A stretch of DNA of 64,000 nucleotides, from positions 310,001 through 374,000 of the IMG/VR virus record IMGVR_UViG_3300032116_000001. The stretch is one strand, 5' to 3'. Of this stretch, positions 7,218-16,790 are shown piece by piece. The notes beneath the pieces are model-generated. The model was given only the letters and a program-made list of their open reading frames with translations. It was not told the DNA's origin and did no database searches. The first letter of the stretch is position 1, and each line of letters opens with the position of its first letter. A program made the position numbers and the translations under genes.

Positions 7218-8396
7218 GTGATTGCAGTAGAAAGACATCATATTAAAGCAACGAAAGATTTACTCAGGCTGACAAGCCTGAGTAAAGAACTCTATAATAG
7301 ATGCAATTTCTTAATGAGACAAGCATGGTTTAAGAAAGAAAGACTGCCAGATATTAGCATTCTTATTAAAGAAACTCAACATTTGAATTGTTTCAAGAAT
7401 CTACATAATACAAAAACTGCAAAACAAACAATCCGTCAAGTATTGACGGATTGGAGTAACTATAGAAAGGCACTTACTGCCTACGGCAGAGATAAATCTA
7501 AATTCTTAGGATGTCCTAAGCCTCCTCACTATAAAAAGAAACTATCTCAAGTGATTTTCTATAATGAAACAATTAAAGGAGGACAGAGCGGAAAGCCAAA
7601 GGCTTTCCTTACTCCAACAAATAATTGCTTCAGTATTAAATCAGATAAACAGTACAAACAAGTAGTAGTTACTCCAAAAACTTTTGGTTTTATGATAGAA
7701 GTTCAATATGAACTTCCTAATATCCCAAAGCCGAAAACTAAGAAAAACAATTTTTGTTGCATTGACATAGGATTGAATAATCTAGCAACGATAACTTCAG
7801 ATAAGCATAGTCCAATACTTATCAACGGTCGTATAGTTAAATCATTCAATCAACAATACAACAAGAACGTCAGTAAGAAATCATCTCGAAAGAGATATTT
7901 TAGACTGGAAAATTACTTCCATCATGTCAGTAAAATCATTGTGGAAAATTGTGTTAAACACAATCTAGGAACTATTGTCATTGGCAAAAATGATGGATGG
8001 AAAACAGGGATGAAACTTGGAAAGAAAACAAATCAGAATTTCTGTTCTGTTCCCTTCTGTAATTTATTTCAGAAGATTCAGTACAAGGCTAACGCATTGG
8101 GAATTGATGTTATCTTTACTGAAGAATCCTACACAAGTCAAGCATCATTTCTGGATAGGGATGAAATCCCTGTCTGGAAGAAAGGAAGGCAGAATGAATA
8201 TGAGTTCTCTGGAACTCGTATTAAAAGAGGCTTGTATCGCAGTGCCGAAGGCACTCTGCTTAATGCAGATGCAAATGGCAGTGCAAACATTGGACGAAAA
8301 GTATTCCCAAACGACGCCTTCGGCGTTGAATGGGATAGGAGCGTTGCCGAAACGCCAGTTGTCGTTAATCCATTAAGACAAGTGTGCGCAGCCTAA
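7218..8396 (+). CDS. tnpB: IS200/IS605-family TnpB RNA-guided nuclease (no Zn finger)
   Basis: CIDIGLNNLA, IVIGKNDGWK, TEESYTSQAS, LNADANGSANI. Confidence 0.9.
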   Translation: MIAVERHHIKATKDLLRLTSLSKELYNRCNFLMRQAWFKKERLPDISILIKETQHLNCFKNLHNTKTAKQTIRQVLTDWSNYRKALTAYGRDKSKFLGCPKPPHYKKKLSQVIFYNETIKGGQSGKPKAFLTPTNNCFSIKSDKQYKQVVVTPKTFGFMIEVQYELPNIPKPKTKKNNFCCIDIGLNNLATITSDKHSPILINGRIVKSFNQQYNKNVSKKSSRKRYFRLENYFHHVSKIIVENCVKHNLGTIVIGKNDGWKTGMKLGKKTNQNFCSVPFCNLFQKIQYKANALGIDVIFTEESYTSQASFLDRDEIPVWKKGRQNEYEFSGTRIKRGLYRSAEGTLLNADANGSANIGRKVFPNDAFGVEWDRSVAETPVVVNPLRQVCAA

Positions 8397-8480
8397 CGGC
8401 TGCGAGCAACACACTTAGCTGATTAAGACATAAACTTGTAGATTTTTGTAGATTTACAGGAACGGTTATACGTGGGTCAA
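8340..8480 (+). mobile_element. putative omegaRNA / right end of the TnpB element
   Basis: hairpin GCAGCC-TAAC-GGCTGC flanked by GTGTG/CACAC overlapping the tnpB stop; no tnpA adjacent. Confidence 0.5.
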
Positions 8481-8776
8481 CAAGGCCTACAGAGACAAAG
8501 TTGTTAGAAATCATTATAAAAATGAAGGCAAAACAACGATATTAGGCTCTAAATGTCTTTGCGATTATTGCGAGTCAAACAGAACTATTCGCCAACAACA
8601 GGCTTTAGAAAAAGCACTTGATGAATGTGGTGAATATTTTAAAAATGGTGTTTATAATGAGGATCACAATCATGATGCTTACGGGCACCGAAAACACAAT
8701 CGTGGCCGTAAGCATGAAAATCGCTTTTACGGCATGGTGGATGAAAGATTCCACTAAGGACGAGGTATAGAAAACT

Positions 8777-8989
8777 ATGAAAACATATCTAGTAACATTA
8801 AAACCTGCGCCCAATGATCACAAGATTGGTCGTGCGCAGCTCTCGGCTACTCTTGACAAAATGGGAATATCCCATAACATAAAAGAATTTTGGTACTTTG
8901 GAAGACACAGGGCTGTCATTGAGATGCATCCCTCTTCTGCCAAAAAAGTTGAAAGTAGCGGCTTGGCCGAAAGTGTATGCTTTGCTTAA
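8777..8989 (+). CDS. hypothetical protein
   Basis: 70-aa ORF, GAGG RBS-like element upstream. Confidence 0.55.
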   Translation: MKTYLVTLKPAPNDHKIGRAQLSATLDKMGISHNIKEFWYFGRHRAVIEMHPSSAKKVESSGLAESVCFA

Positions 8990-8990
8990 T

Positions 8991-9017
8991 TGCAACTTTT
9001 TGCTTTCGGTTAACGTA
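8991..9017 (+). promoter_or_regulatory. ECF-sigma-like promoter TGCAAC-N17-CGTA
   Basis: exact motif and spacing. Confidence 0.55.
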
Positions 9018-9024
9018 ATATAAA

Positions 9025-9300
9025 TGTTGTCCGATCAGATCGTGGAAACACGATGGATGCTCAGTTGGCTGATTGTAGACTGGGACTTGAAGCGCAACAA
9101 GCAACTAATGGTCAAAAACGGTGTAATAAACCATATTGCGCAATATCCGTGACAGTTCGGAGAGACGAACAACCAGATTTACCAGGGCACACGCTAGGGA
9201 AAGATTTGGGGAATAGAGGCTCTCCGTTAGGGAGGGATGCTCACCGCGCTCCCCGTGCGGACCATGAAGAATGGATAGGCCCAAGCGCCTCATAATTGGT
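9025..9300 (+). ncRNA. candidate ~275-nt structured RNA
   Basis: GC-richer than flanks, several hairpins, between a promoter motif and tRNA-like genes, no convincing ORF. Confidence 0.4.
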
Positions 9301-9303
9301 AAA

Positions 9304-9386
9304 GCCCCGTTACCTCGAAGACAGCGATGTTGTTGAGGAGCTTACTGATAATACAGCACCTGGAGAATGACCAGGACGGGGCACCA
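9304..9386 (+). ncRNA. non-canonical tRNA-Ile(GAT)-like RNA
   Basis: GCCCCGT/ACGGGGC+ACCA, extended D arm, bulged anticodon stem with ctGATaa, T-loop AGAATGA. Confidence 0.6.
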
Positions 9387-9391
9387 ATTTT

Positions 9392-9460
9392 GCCGTTCGT
9401 AGCTCAGAGGCAGAGCGCCAGTGCACAGGGAGACGTGGTTCGAATCCGCCGACGGCACCA
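9392..9460 (+). ncRNA. tRNA-like RNA with collapsed anticodon arm
   Basis: intact D arm (GCTC/GAGC), T-loop TTCGAAT, GCCGT/ACGGC+ACCA; weak anticodon arm around TGC. Confidence 0.55.
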
Positions 9461-9498
9461 GTTTTAAACATTTAAACCTATTTATTCGAAAAGCCATT

Positions 9499-10158
9499 AT
9501 GAAAAAGTTCAAACAATTTGATGTTTTGGTGTCTGACACTATTGAGAAGGTTCTTGCTCAAATTGGATCACAAACAATCTTGGTGACTTCAGTAAAGGGC
9601 GATGTTGTTTCAGTTAAGGGCAATTCTTTAAGACTTCGAACATTTAAAGAAACGGGAGTGATGTGCCCACTCTGCGAAGCGCAGGCAACACATTGGGTAT
9701 TGACTTACACAAGTGAGGATAAGGCTCATTTAAATTTAATGGGGCCTGACGGGTTGTTATTCACACACGATCACGTAACTCCGCTAAACCAAGGCGGACA
9801 AGACAATCTTGCAAACTCACACACTATGTGCTTTGATTGTAATTACTTTCTTGGGGATAAGTCGCATTTTTATGGCGAGGCGTCCCAGAACATTAAATTA
9901 TTGCTTGAAACAACAAGAGTGGTCTATAATAGTGAAAATCAGGCCTGGCGCGTGAGTGTCAACAAGATGGGGCACACGGCGAGGCGACCCAAGAGGCTAT
10001 ATTCGGATTTTTATAGTTTTGGCGAGGCTTTTAAGTTTGCTAAAGACCTTGTTGATAACCCAAGAATAGATGAATTTATTGGACCTGTAATGTTGCGGCC
10101 AGAGCATACCCTTCGTGTTACTGCGCTTGAAGATTGGCTTAAAAATAATTCAATTTAA
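9499..10158 (+). CDS. HNH endonuclease family protein
   Basis: CPLC...FTHDHVTPLNQGGQDNLANSHTMCFDCN; start at MKKFKQ. Confidence 0.75.
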   Translation: MKKFKQFDVLVSDTIEKVLAQIGSQTILVTSVKGDVVSVKGNSLRLRTFKETGVMCPLCEAQATHWVLTYTSEDKAHLNLMGPDGLLFTHDHVTPLNQGGQDNLANSHTMCFDCNYFLGDKSHFYGEASQNIKLLLETTRVVYNSENQAWRVSVNKMGHTARRPKRLYSDFYSFGEAFKFAKDLVDNPRIDEFIGPVMLRPEHTLRVTALEDWLKNNSI

Positions 10159-10216
10159 ATATATACGCAATCATTTAGAGGGCGTGGTGCTATCGTAATT
10201 GAATTCAAAAGGTGTC

Positions 10217-12412
10217 ATGGGCGCAAACTACGTACCTTCTCAAATCACAGATATCAATGGGCTCAATGCAGCTTTAAAAGCTGGCTCATGGAGTGTTATT
10301 TCTAATAACCCGATTCGTCCGTCTGCTAGAATTTCCTCATCTTCTTTTTTTACAGAAACAGGAAGAATTGAAGTTGTCCCTCCGTTTGATATAGTCGCTG
10401 TAAGACTTGTGTATGCTAACTGGTATACGGGCGGCACTGGAGAAACCCCGAACACAAACCCAATCTGCATCACCGCTACTGTTCAACCAAGAGTCACCAC
10501 GGTCAATGAAGTCGCTGGCGATCCAACAATTCCTGTTACCTTTGGTGGCAAGAGTTATATTTGGCTGGGCCGTGGCAAAATTGCCATTTCTGACCCCGTT
10601 TATATAGGGGTTCCAGCTGGTCAAAGATTTTATGTTAAATCATCTCCCAACAATGCCCTCCCTGCTGCTCCCCCTGCCCCCACAGTAAACGTTAGTGGCT
10701 CAGGGAGTGCCTTTTCCTCAGGCAATACTTGTCATTTTTCTATAACTTATGTTTATCCTGATGGAATTGAAAGTCTTGCGTCGGCAACAACTTCTGCTTC
10801 CATTGCAAGTTCGGGTCAGAACTTTGTAGTAACCTCGCCAACTGCCGTTGCTGGCGCTATTGGCTATCGTGTTTGGATGAGTTATGTTGGTGCCACAACT
10901 CCTCAATATGATGCAGGGTCAGGTACGGTTCCATTTGGAACAAACTTCACTGTAACTCGCGGCTTGCCGAGTGCCACGGCACAAAACATTGAGCAGGTAG
11001 AGGGTGGTGGTCCATCTTATTACCCAGTCGGAAGTGGTGTTTTAGGCGGCACAGGTGCTGGTAGCGCTAATAATGGAGAAGGATTTACTAATGGTGTAAA
11101 CTGGACCCCCGACGGCAGAGCTGTTACAGCTCAAGGAGCTGGAAATAAATTTGGCCCCACCGCGGTCTTGGCCATTGCTGCAGATGGTGAACTGAAGAAG
11201 AGCGTGGGCCTTATCGGTGATTCAATCATGTCAGCCGCTGGCGATAATGGATTTGGCTGGCAGCGCGGCGGATTTATAGTAAGGGCAATAACAGGACAAT
11301 TAAGCAGAGCTTATGATGCAAATATTGTTCCAAATTTTGGACATGTCATGGTTGCGCAGGGGAGCGAATCCGCATCACAATTTGCAGGACCCGCAGGAAT
11401 GAAGCGCACACAGTTAGCGTCACTTTGTACTACGGTTGTTTCCAATTATGGCACTAATGATCTTTCTAATGGATCGGCGCAGGTTTGCGGTAATATTTGG
11501 ATTATTGGTAAGCGATTTACTGATCAGGGAAAGAAATTCATACAAACCACTTTGGACCCAAGAACTTCTCAGTCTCCTGCTAACGGATGGCAAACCATAT
11601 CGGGGCAAACCGTGACCGCAGTATCTGAAGGCGCAAGAAGAGCTATCAATAATTGGATTATTTCAAACACGGGACAAACCGTGATTACAAATGAGGCCCC
11701 CTTTAGAATTTATGCGGGCAGCCAAGGACCAGGTTATAATTTTTATGGTGGCAGTACAGGAACTATTGTTTCCTTTGCGACATCTCATCCATTTATCCAA
11801 GGCACCGAAAGTGTTACTGTAAATGGTGCCGAACAGGCCTTTACTTCAAACTATACATACTATCAAACCTTTACGGTAAATGGAATAAATTATGCAAGTG
11901 GTATCACCTTTACATCGGCTCCTGCTGATGGATCAGATGTACGAATAACTTTCACTAAAATGGCTGGTTTATGTCATTCTGGCAATGGATTAAGTGGTTT
12001 GGCCGATCACTGGGATACAGCATCTGCTGTTGAGGTTGATGCGAACGGTAATAATCTTTTAAATGGAGGTTGGGTCAAGCCCTTGACGACAATTCATGTT
12101 CCGTCAAGAAACGTCACGGCAGCGACATCAACAGTTATTACAGACTCAACTCAATCTTGGACCCAAGATCAATGGAGAGGATATTGCATGATGATTACGG
12201 CAGACTCTTCCACCCCTGCGGCAGTTGGGCAGGTAAGATGCATTCAGTTTAACTCAGCAACGCAGTTAACAACTAATACATCATTTTCTCCCGCGCCGTC
12301 CGCAAGTGCTCAATATGCAATCATATCAACAAATATGACAGACGGAACACATGTTAGCACAGAGGGGCATATTGCGAAAGCCCAAGTTGTTGATTTGACA
12401 AAAATTATGTAA
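10217..12412 (+). CDS. Gly/Ser/Thr-rich probable virion protein with SGNH hydrolase motifs
   Basis: LIGDSI, NYGTND and C-terminal DGTH blocks within a beta-rich protein. Confidence 0.65.
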   Translation: MGANYVPSQITDINGLNAALKAGSWSVISNNPIRPSARISSSSFFTETGRIEVVPPFDIVAVRLVYANWYTGGTGETPNTNPICITATVQPRVTTVNEVAGDPTIPVTFGGKSYIWLGRGKIAISDPVYIGVPAGQRFYVKSSPNNALPAAPPAPTVNVSGSGSAFSSGNTCHFSITYVYPDGIESLASATTSASIASSGQNFVVTSPTAVAGAIGYRVWMSYVGATTPQYDAGSGTVPFGTNFTVTRGLPSATAQNIEQVEGGGPSYYPVGSGVLGGTGAGSANNGEGFTNGVNWTPDGRAVTAQGAGNKFGPTAVLAIAADGELKKSVGLIGDSIMSAAGDNGFGWQRGGFIVRAITGQLSRAYDANIVPNFGHVMVAQGSESASQFAGPAGMKRTQLASLCTTVVSNYGTNDLSNGSAQVCGNIWIIGKRFTDQGKKFIQTTLDPRTSQSPANGWQTISGQTVTAVSEGARRAINNWIISNTGQTVITNEAPFRIYAGSQGPGYNFYGGSTGTIVSFATSHPFIQGTESVTVNGAEQAFTSNYTYYQTFTVNGINYASGITFTSAPADGSDVRITFTKMAGLCHSGNGLSGLADHWDTASAVEVDANGNNLLNGGWVKPLTTIHVPSRNVTAATSTVITDSTQSWTQDQWRGYCMMITADSSTPAAVGQVRCIQFNSATQLTTNTSFSPAPSASAQYAIISTNMTDGTHVSTEGHIAKAQVVDLTKIM

Positions 12413-12418
12413 AATATT

Positions 12419-13285
12419 ATGCCTACTTTTAACTACCCAATATCAGCATCTCTGGGATCATCTAAATCAGGCCTAACCCCCAATGTAGGCTTCAGGGTTG
12501 TTTCCGCTGATGATGTCGTTAGAATTTCAAGAACAACATCTGGTGTTGAAGAAATCCTTGACGCATTGGGTAATGCCACAACAGGGATATACAAAGCTGT
12601 AATAACTTTGAATTCTGATTGGGGATTAGTTAGAATTATATGGGATGTTGATGACCTTGATGGCGTTGTCGCTGAAGAAGTAGTCAACACCGCCGCGCCA
12701 TCAAACCTTTCATCCTATAACTATCAACAGCCATTAGTCGTTAGTTTTGGTTCTGCTTTTTCTGGTCTTGAAACTTTTGTTAGCTATCAAGTGATTAGTG
12801 CTGACGGCACGGTCAGAATATCAAGGACGAATTCTGGTGTTATAGAAAGAACCGACTGGGATGGGGCAGAAAGCACGGGTGTGTATGAAGTTACGGCCAC
12901 GTTCAATAGGGCATGGGGTGCTGTGCTGGTGGTTTGGGACATCACGGATGTTGAAAATGTTGCCGCAGTTGAGACCATCCTGGCTTCATCAGTTCGACCA
13001 AAACCAATTGACTCCGCTGCGGCACCTGGGGCTATTTGGGCGAACCCATATACAACAAATGTTCTGGGTAATTTTTACAGTGCGTGGGATCAATTGTGCG
13101 CTGAAGTTGATTTTATGAAAGCTTCCTTAGATGACCCAAGTCTCACGGACAATCAAAAAAATTATTTTGTTCAAATGTATTCGCCCAGGATAGAAAATGT
13201 TAAAAATATGTTTGTGAAAAGTTTTAAAATACTTCAAGATACAAATCCGCAAATACCACTTTCTAAAGATCAAGAATTATCTTAA
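12419..13285 (+). CDS. hypothetical protein with internal tandem domain duplication
   Basis: two ~95-aa copies (V[VI]SAD..VRISRT.SGV.E...TG[IV]Y...WG.V.[IV][IV]WD). Confidence 0.7.
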   Translation: MPTFNYPISASLGSSKSGLTPNVGFRVVSADDVVRISRTTSGVEEILDALGNATTGIYKAVITLNSDWGLVRIIWDVDDLDGVVAEEVVNTAAPSNLSSYNYQQPLVVSFGSAFSGLETFVSYQVISADGTVRISRTNSGVIERTDWDGAESTGVYEVTATFNRAWGAVLVVWDITDVENVAAVETILASSVRPKPIDSAAAPGAIWANPYTTNVLGNFYSAWDQLCAEVDFMKASLDDPSLTDNQKNYFVQMYSPRIENVKNMFVKSFKILQDTNPQIPLSKDQELS

Positions 13286-13299
13286 TTACAAGGAAAACT

Positions 13300-13611
13300 A
13301 TGAATATCAAATCTAAAGATCAATTTACAAACTTAATTGAAAAAGTTTCTTACGAAAAACCAGTGCTGTTTGATTTTTATGCTGAATGGTGTGGTCCTTG
13401 CAAAGCGCTTTCTCCGATCATTGACATAATCGGAGAAGAACTTGGTGATAATGCGGCGATTTTCAAAATTGATGTAGACGAATTTTATGAAATCGCGGAT
13501 AGCCTTGGCATTCGGGGTATGCCCACCATCATTATTTATCGCAATGGTGGAATCCAACATCAAGTAAGCGGCTTAATTTCAAAAGACAAAATATTGGAGA
13601 TGTTAAAATAA
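13300..13611 (+). CDS. trxA: thioredoxin
   Basis: DFYAEWCGPCK, IRGMPT. Confidence 0.95.
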   Translation: MNIKSKDQFTNLIEKVSYEKPVLFDFYAEWCGPCKALSPIIDIIGEELGDNAAIFKIDVDEFYEIADSLGIRGMPTIIIYRNGGIQHQVSGLISKDKILEMLK

Positions 13612-13904
13612 TGCATATTTTAGATGATCTTGTTTTGGACACTGGGGTCACTGTATCACACCATGAAGCCAAAGAAGTAAGATTTGAAATGGGCACGGGG
13701 TCAATTAATGTGATCGTTGATAGCTGGCTTAATACCACGACACGGCAAGAAGAAAGACCATCTGTAATTTCAAGAATGTTATCTTTGGATTTCAACCCTC
13801 AAGACGTAGCTGATATGATTTATAATGCTGATGGGAACATAGCCCTGGCAGTCTACAATGCGCTTTTGATTGTGTATTTTGAGAATGGAACTTTGATTTT
13901 GTGA
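13611..13904 (+). CDS. hypothetical protein
   Basis: TAATG coupling to trxA. Confidence 0.6.
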   Translation: MHILDDLVLDTGVTVSHHEAKEVRFEMGTGSINVIVDSWLNTTTRQEERPSVISRMLSLDFNPQDVADMIYNADGNIALAVYNALLIVYFENGTLIL

Positions 13905-13947
13905 AAATATAAAAACTTTTGCGTCTTCGCATTCGTATTATAATAAG

Positions 13948-14274
13948 ATGAAAAACCTGACAACATACAAAGAGGCTGTAGAAGAGGCTAATAAATTAAA
14001 CGCTGAGTCCAAAAAATATTGGGAAGGTATTTCGTTTTGGGATATGCACAAAAAGCGCAAAGAGGACCCATCGGCACCTTTTGAGGTATACCATGTACAG
14101 CAAGGCTTATATACTGCAAATGAAATTTGCGGCGATGTTTATTTGTCGATCCCAGGTGCTCTAGCTGGAGATTCAAGAATCAGAAATGAAGACGGCACGC
14201 TTTATGTTGTGACCGAAGAAGAAAAGAATGAAAAAATTTGGTCTATTATGGGAGATAATTATTCCGATTGGTAA
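13948..14274 (+). CDS. hypothetical protein
   Basis: 108-aa ORF after promoter motif 13911-13937. Confidence 0.6.
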   Translation: MKNLTTYKEAVEEANKLNAESKKYWEGISFWDMHKKRKEDPSAPFEVYHVQQGLYTANEICGDVYLSIPGALAGDSRIRNEDGTLYVVTEEEKNEKIWSIMGDNYSDW

Positions 14275-14308
14275 TCATTGTCTTTTGATTGTATAAGAAA
14301 AATCAACC

Positions 14309-14605
14309 ATGTCAGACCTTTATTCCATTGCCGTCGTCGGCCCTATGCTTGAATCAGAAATGTTTGATTTTCTTGAAAGTTCGGGTTTTAATAAGCGAGT
14401 TCATCAGTATATTTTGCATTATTGGGAACGTTTCACAAAGGATTTGACGCCTGAACAATTAGACGAAGTTCGGGAATGGTGGGGGCCAGGATGGCCAGCA
14501 CATTATCCCAGGGAAGTTCGAGGCTTGAGACAAGATTTCTATGACACCGCAAGCAAAGAGGCTCGGCAGGCAATCAGTTCTCTTATATCTTATGGATTGG
14601 GCTAA
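14309..14605 (+). CDS. hypothetical protein
   Basis: 98-aa ORF. Confidence 0.6.
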   Translation: MSDLYSIAVVGPMLESEMFDFLESSGFNKRVHQYILHYWERFTKDLTPEQLDEVREWWGPGWPAHYPREVRGLRQDFYDTASKEARQAISSLISYGLG

Positions 14606-14729
14606 AAAAATAAAAATCTGCAACTTTTATAATAAAAAAGGCGTATTACATATAAGCCCGAACAAATTAGTGGCTTATAAGAGTTAACGAAATGAGCGAC
14701 GATCACCATCACAGCACAAAACTTCATAT

Positions 14730-14804
14730 GGCGTCCGTAGCTCAATGGCAGAGCACCTGACTGTGGCTCAGGAAGCGCGGGTTCGATCCCCGTCGGACGC
14801 CCCA
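14730..14804 (+). tRNA. tRNA-His(GTG)
   Basis: G-1, CCTGA-ctGTGgc-TCAGG, C73, CCA. Confidence 0.95.
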
Positions 14805-14813
14805 AAAATCAAA

Positions 14814-15613
14814 ATGAGTATTAAAATTTATGATGGCTTTTTAATTAAGGCCAGTTCTTTACAAGAAATTACATCAATGCTAAAAGATTTCAAGTCGGAA
14901 GCTTTAGTATATGCCAAGAAAAAGGCTCAACAATACATAGCGAAAAATGTTTTTCACGGCATTGATGAACATTTATTCATGCAAAAAGATGGCTCGCCTC
15001 CGTCGTATTCAGATTTTGTCTTGCAAACAGTTGAAAAATTAAATTTGCAAGAATCCACAAATTCACGCAACCCAAGCATTGATTATTCATTCCATATTTC
15101 TGTAGCTCCTTTGGATGAATCAAATTGTCTTGCAATCCCATTTTTTGAACATTGTCACGATTACTCTGAATTGCTTGCTTCTATGCCTTGGCACATACCA
15201 TATGGATACTGGAACAATACAGACCCCCCCCCGATGACATTGATCAAGATGAATGGGACACCAGGCTTCAAAATTGGACTAAAATCTTGAGTCCTGAATG
15301 GGTTCCCTCAGAAACTATGTTTTCATTCACGATTGTCCCCGATAATTTCATTTTGTCCGCATGCCGATCCAGTCAAGAGCTTGTGCCTCATGCCCCATCA
15401 GATGAAGAAAGAATCGAGCACTTGTTATTTTTGGCGGTGGTAGACAAAGCAAGGGAACAATATATAAAAGAATATGCAAACTTTTATGAATTTCTCTGCT
15501 TTTTTGTTAAAGAATATTCTCCAGGCGGAACATTTTGGGAAATGAGACAAGGTTTTCATGAAAGCGTCACAAATTATGTGTGCAGCCATCCTGTTGCTGA
15601 ATTGGAAATTTAA
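14814..15613 (+). pseudogene. hypothetical gene split by a frameshift in a C9 tract
   Basis: frames join as WNNTDPP|DDIDQDEW across C run 15224-15232. Confidence 0.6.
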
Positions 15614-15651
15614 TATATAACTTTTGTTTCATTAACCAATTTAATAGTATC

Positions 15652-16749
15652 ATGATGCAACTTTTTGATACATCCATAGAACACATCCCGCATAGAATAG
15701 CACTAACTGGAGGCCCTCTCGCGGGCAAATCAACAGTTATGGAATTTCTTAGGCAAAATTATAGCCACAAAGCTGAATTTATGACCGAAGTTGCAAGTAT
15801 GCTGCTTTCCAATGGGTATCCTCAACCAGGAAGAGATATTGATTATTCCGAATCGTGGCTTGATTATATCAATAAAGTTATTTTGCCTACACAATTAAAC
15901 ATGGAAAATGGCCATCTTCACGCGGCGCAAGCAAAAAAGAAACCAGTTATTTTCTTTGATAGAGGGCTGCTTGACCCAGCTGCGTTTATGGACGGGGGCA
16001 AGCGGGTTCTTGTGGAAAAATATGGCCTAAACCTCGAAGCCCTTCATCATAGGTACAGCATGGTAATCCATATTGAGTCACTTGCCTGCATAAATCCTGA
16101 TGCGTATAATCAGCTTCAAGGCACTAATCCGTCTAGATACGATACGGCAGAAACTGCCATTCAAAGAGACAAAGCTCTTATAGAAGCATGGAAAGATCAC
16201 CCAAATTGGCACTTTGTTAGTGCGGAGGGAGGTATTGATGCTGTTCTTCAGCGAGTTATTGACTTACTCGCTCCGATCTTGGACGTAGAAATTGAGCGGA
16301 AATGGATTGTCACTTCCGAGGCAGCCTCATTTATTGCTGAATTACCATCCGAAAAAGTTAAGCAATACTATTTAAGACTGCCTCGCGAACAAACTGAATT
16401 GCGGTTAAGAAAGATTGGTGATAAACATTTTATTACAGCCAAAAGTGGCAAGGGCTTTAAAAGAACTGAATGGGAACAATTAATTCCGTCACATGTTTTT
16501 GACTTTTTGGTTGTCCCTAGCATGCCGCACATTTCAAAAACTCGTCATTACATGTGGCATGATGACCACAAATTAGAAATTGATGTTTATGATCGGCCAG
16601 AGGGATTAATTACGATTGAATGTGAATTTAACAGTGAACATGATGCTAATAAATTTAAACTACCAGATGTTTTCCATGGTTGTTCAAAAGATGTAACAGA
16701 TGTCCTCGAATACAAAAACTATTATCTGGCGATGGCTAATAGCCCCTAG
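15652..16749 (+). CDS. AAA_28/NadR-like P-loop kinase fused to CYTH domain
   Basis: IALTGGPLAGKST, FFDRGLLD; EIERKW...LRLRK...KLEIDVY...ITIECEF. Confidence 0.8.
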   Translation: MMQLFDTSIEHIPHRIALTGGPLAGKSTVMEFLRQNYSHKAEFMTEVASMLLSNGYPQPGRDIDYSESWLDYINKVILPTQLNMENGHLHAAQAKKKPVIFFDRGLLDPAAFMDGGKRVLVEKYGLNLEALHHRYSMVIHIESLACINPDAYNQLQGTNPSRYDTAETAIQRDKALIEAWKDHPNWHFVSAEGGIDAVLQRVIDLLAPILDVEIERKWIVTSEAASFIAELPSEKVKQYYLRLPREQTELRLRKIGDKHFITAKSGKGFKRTEWEQLIPSHVFDFLVVPSMPHISKTRHYMWHDDHKLEIDVYDRPEGLITIECEFNSEHDANKFKLPDVFHGCSKDVTDVLEYKNYYLAMANSP

Positions 16750-16790
16750 TAGCAACTTTACTTTGATTCAAACCGTATTAAAGTAAAGTT

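Noticed and set aside
9025-9300. RNase P RNA, tmRNA or group I intron identity
   Set aside because: The conserved GAGGAAAGTCC, GGGGC...G:U acceptor and P7/J8-7 signatures were not found; kept only as an unassigned RNA.
14602-14805. 67-aa minus-strand ORF; likewise the 5' parts of 5146-6078, 9421-10158, 14745-15290 and 62268-62546
   Set aside because: They overlap tRNA or tRNA-like genes; starts were reassigned or the ORF dropped.
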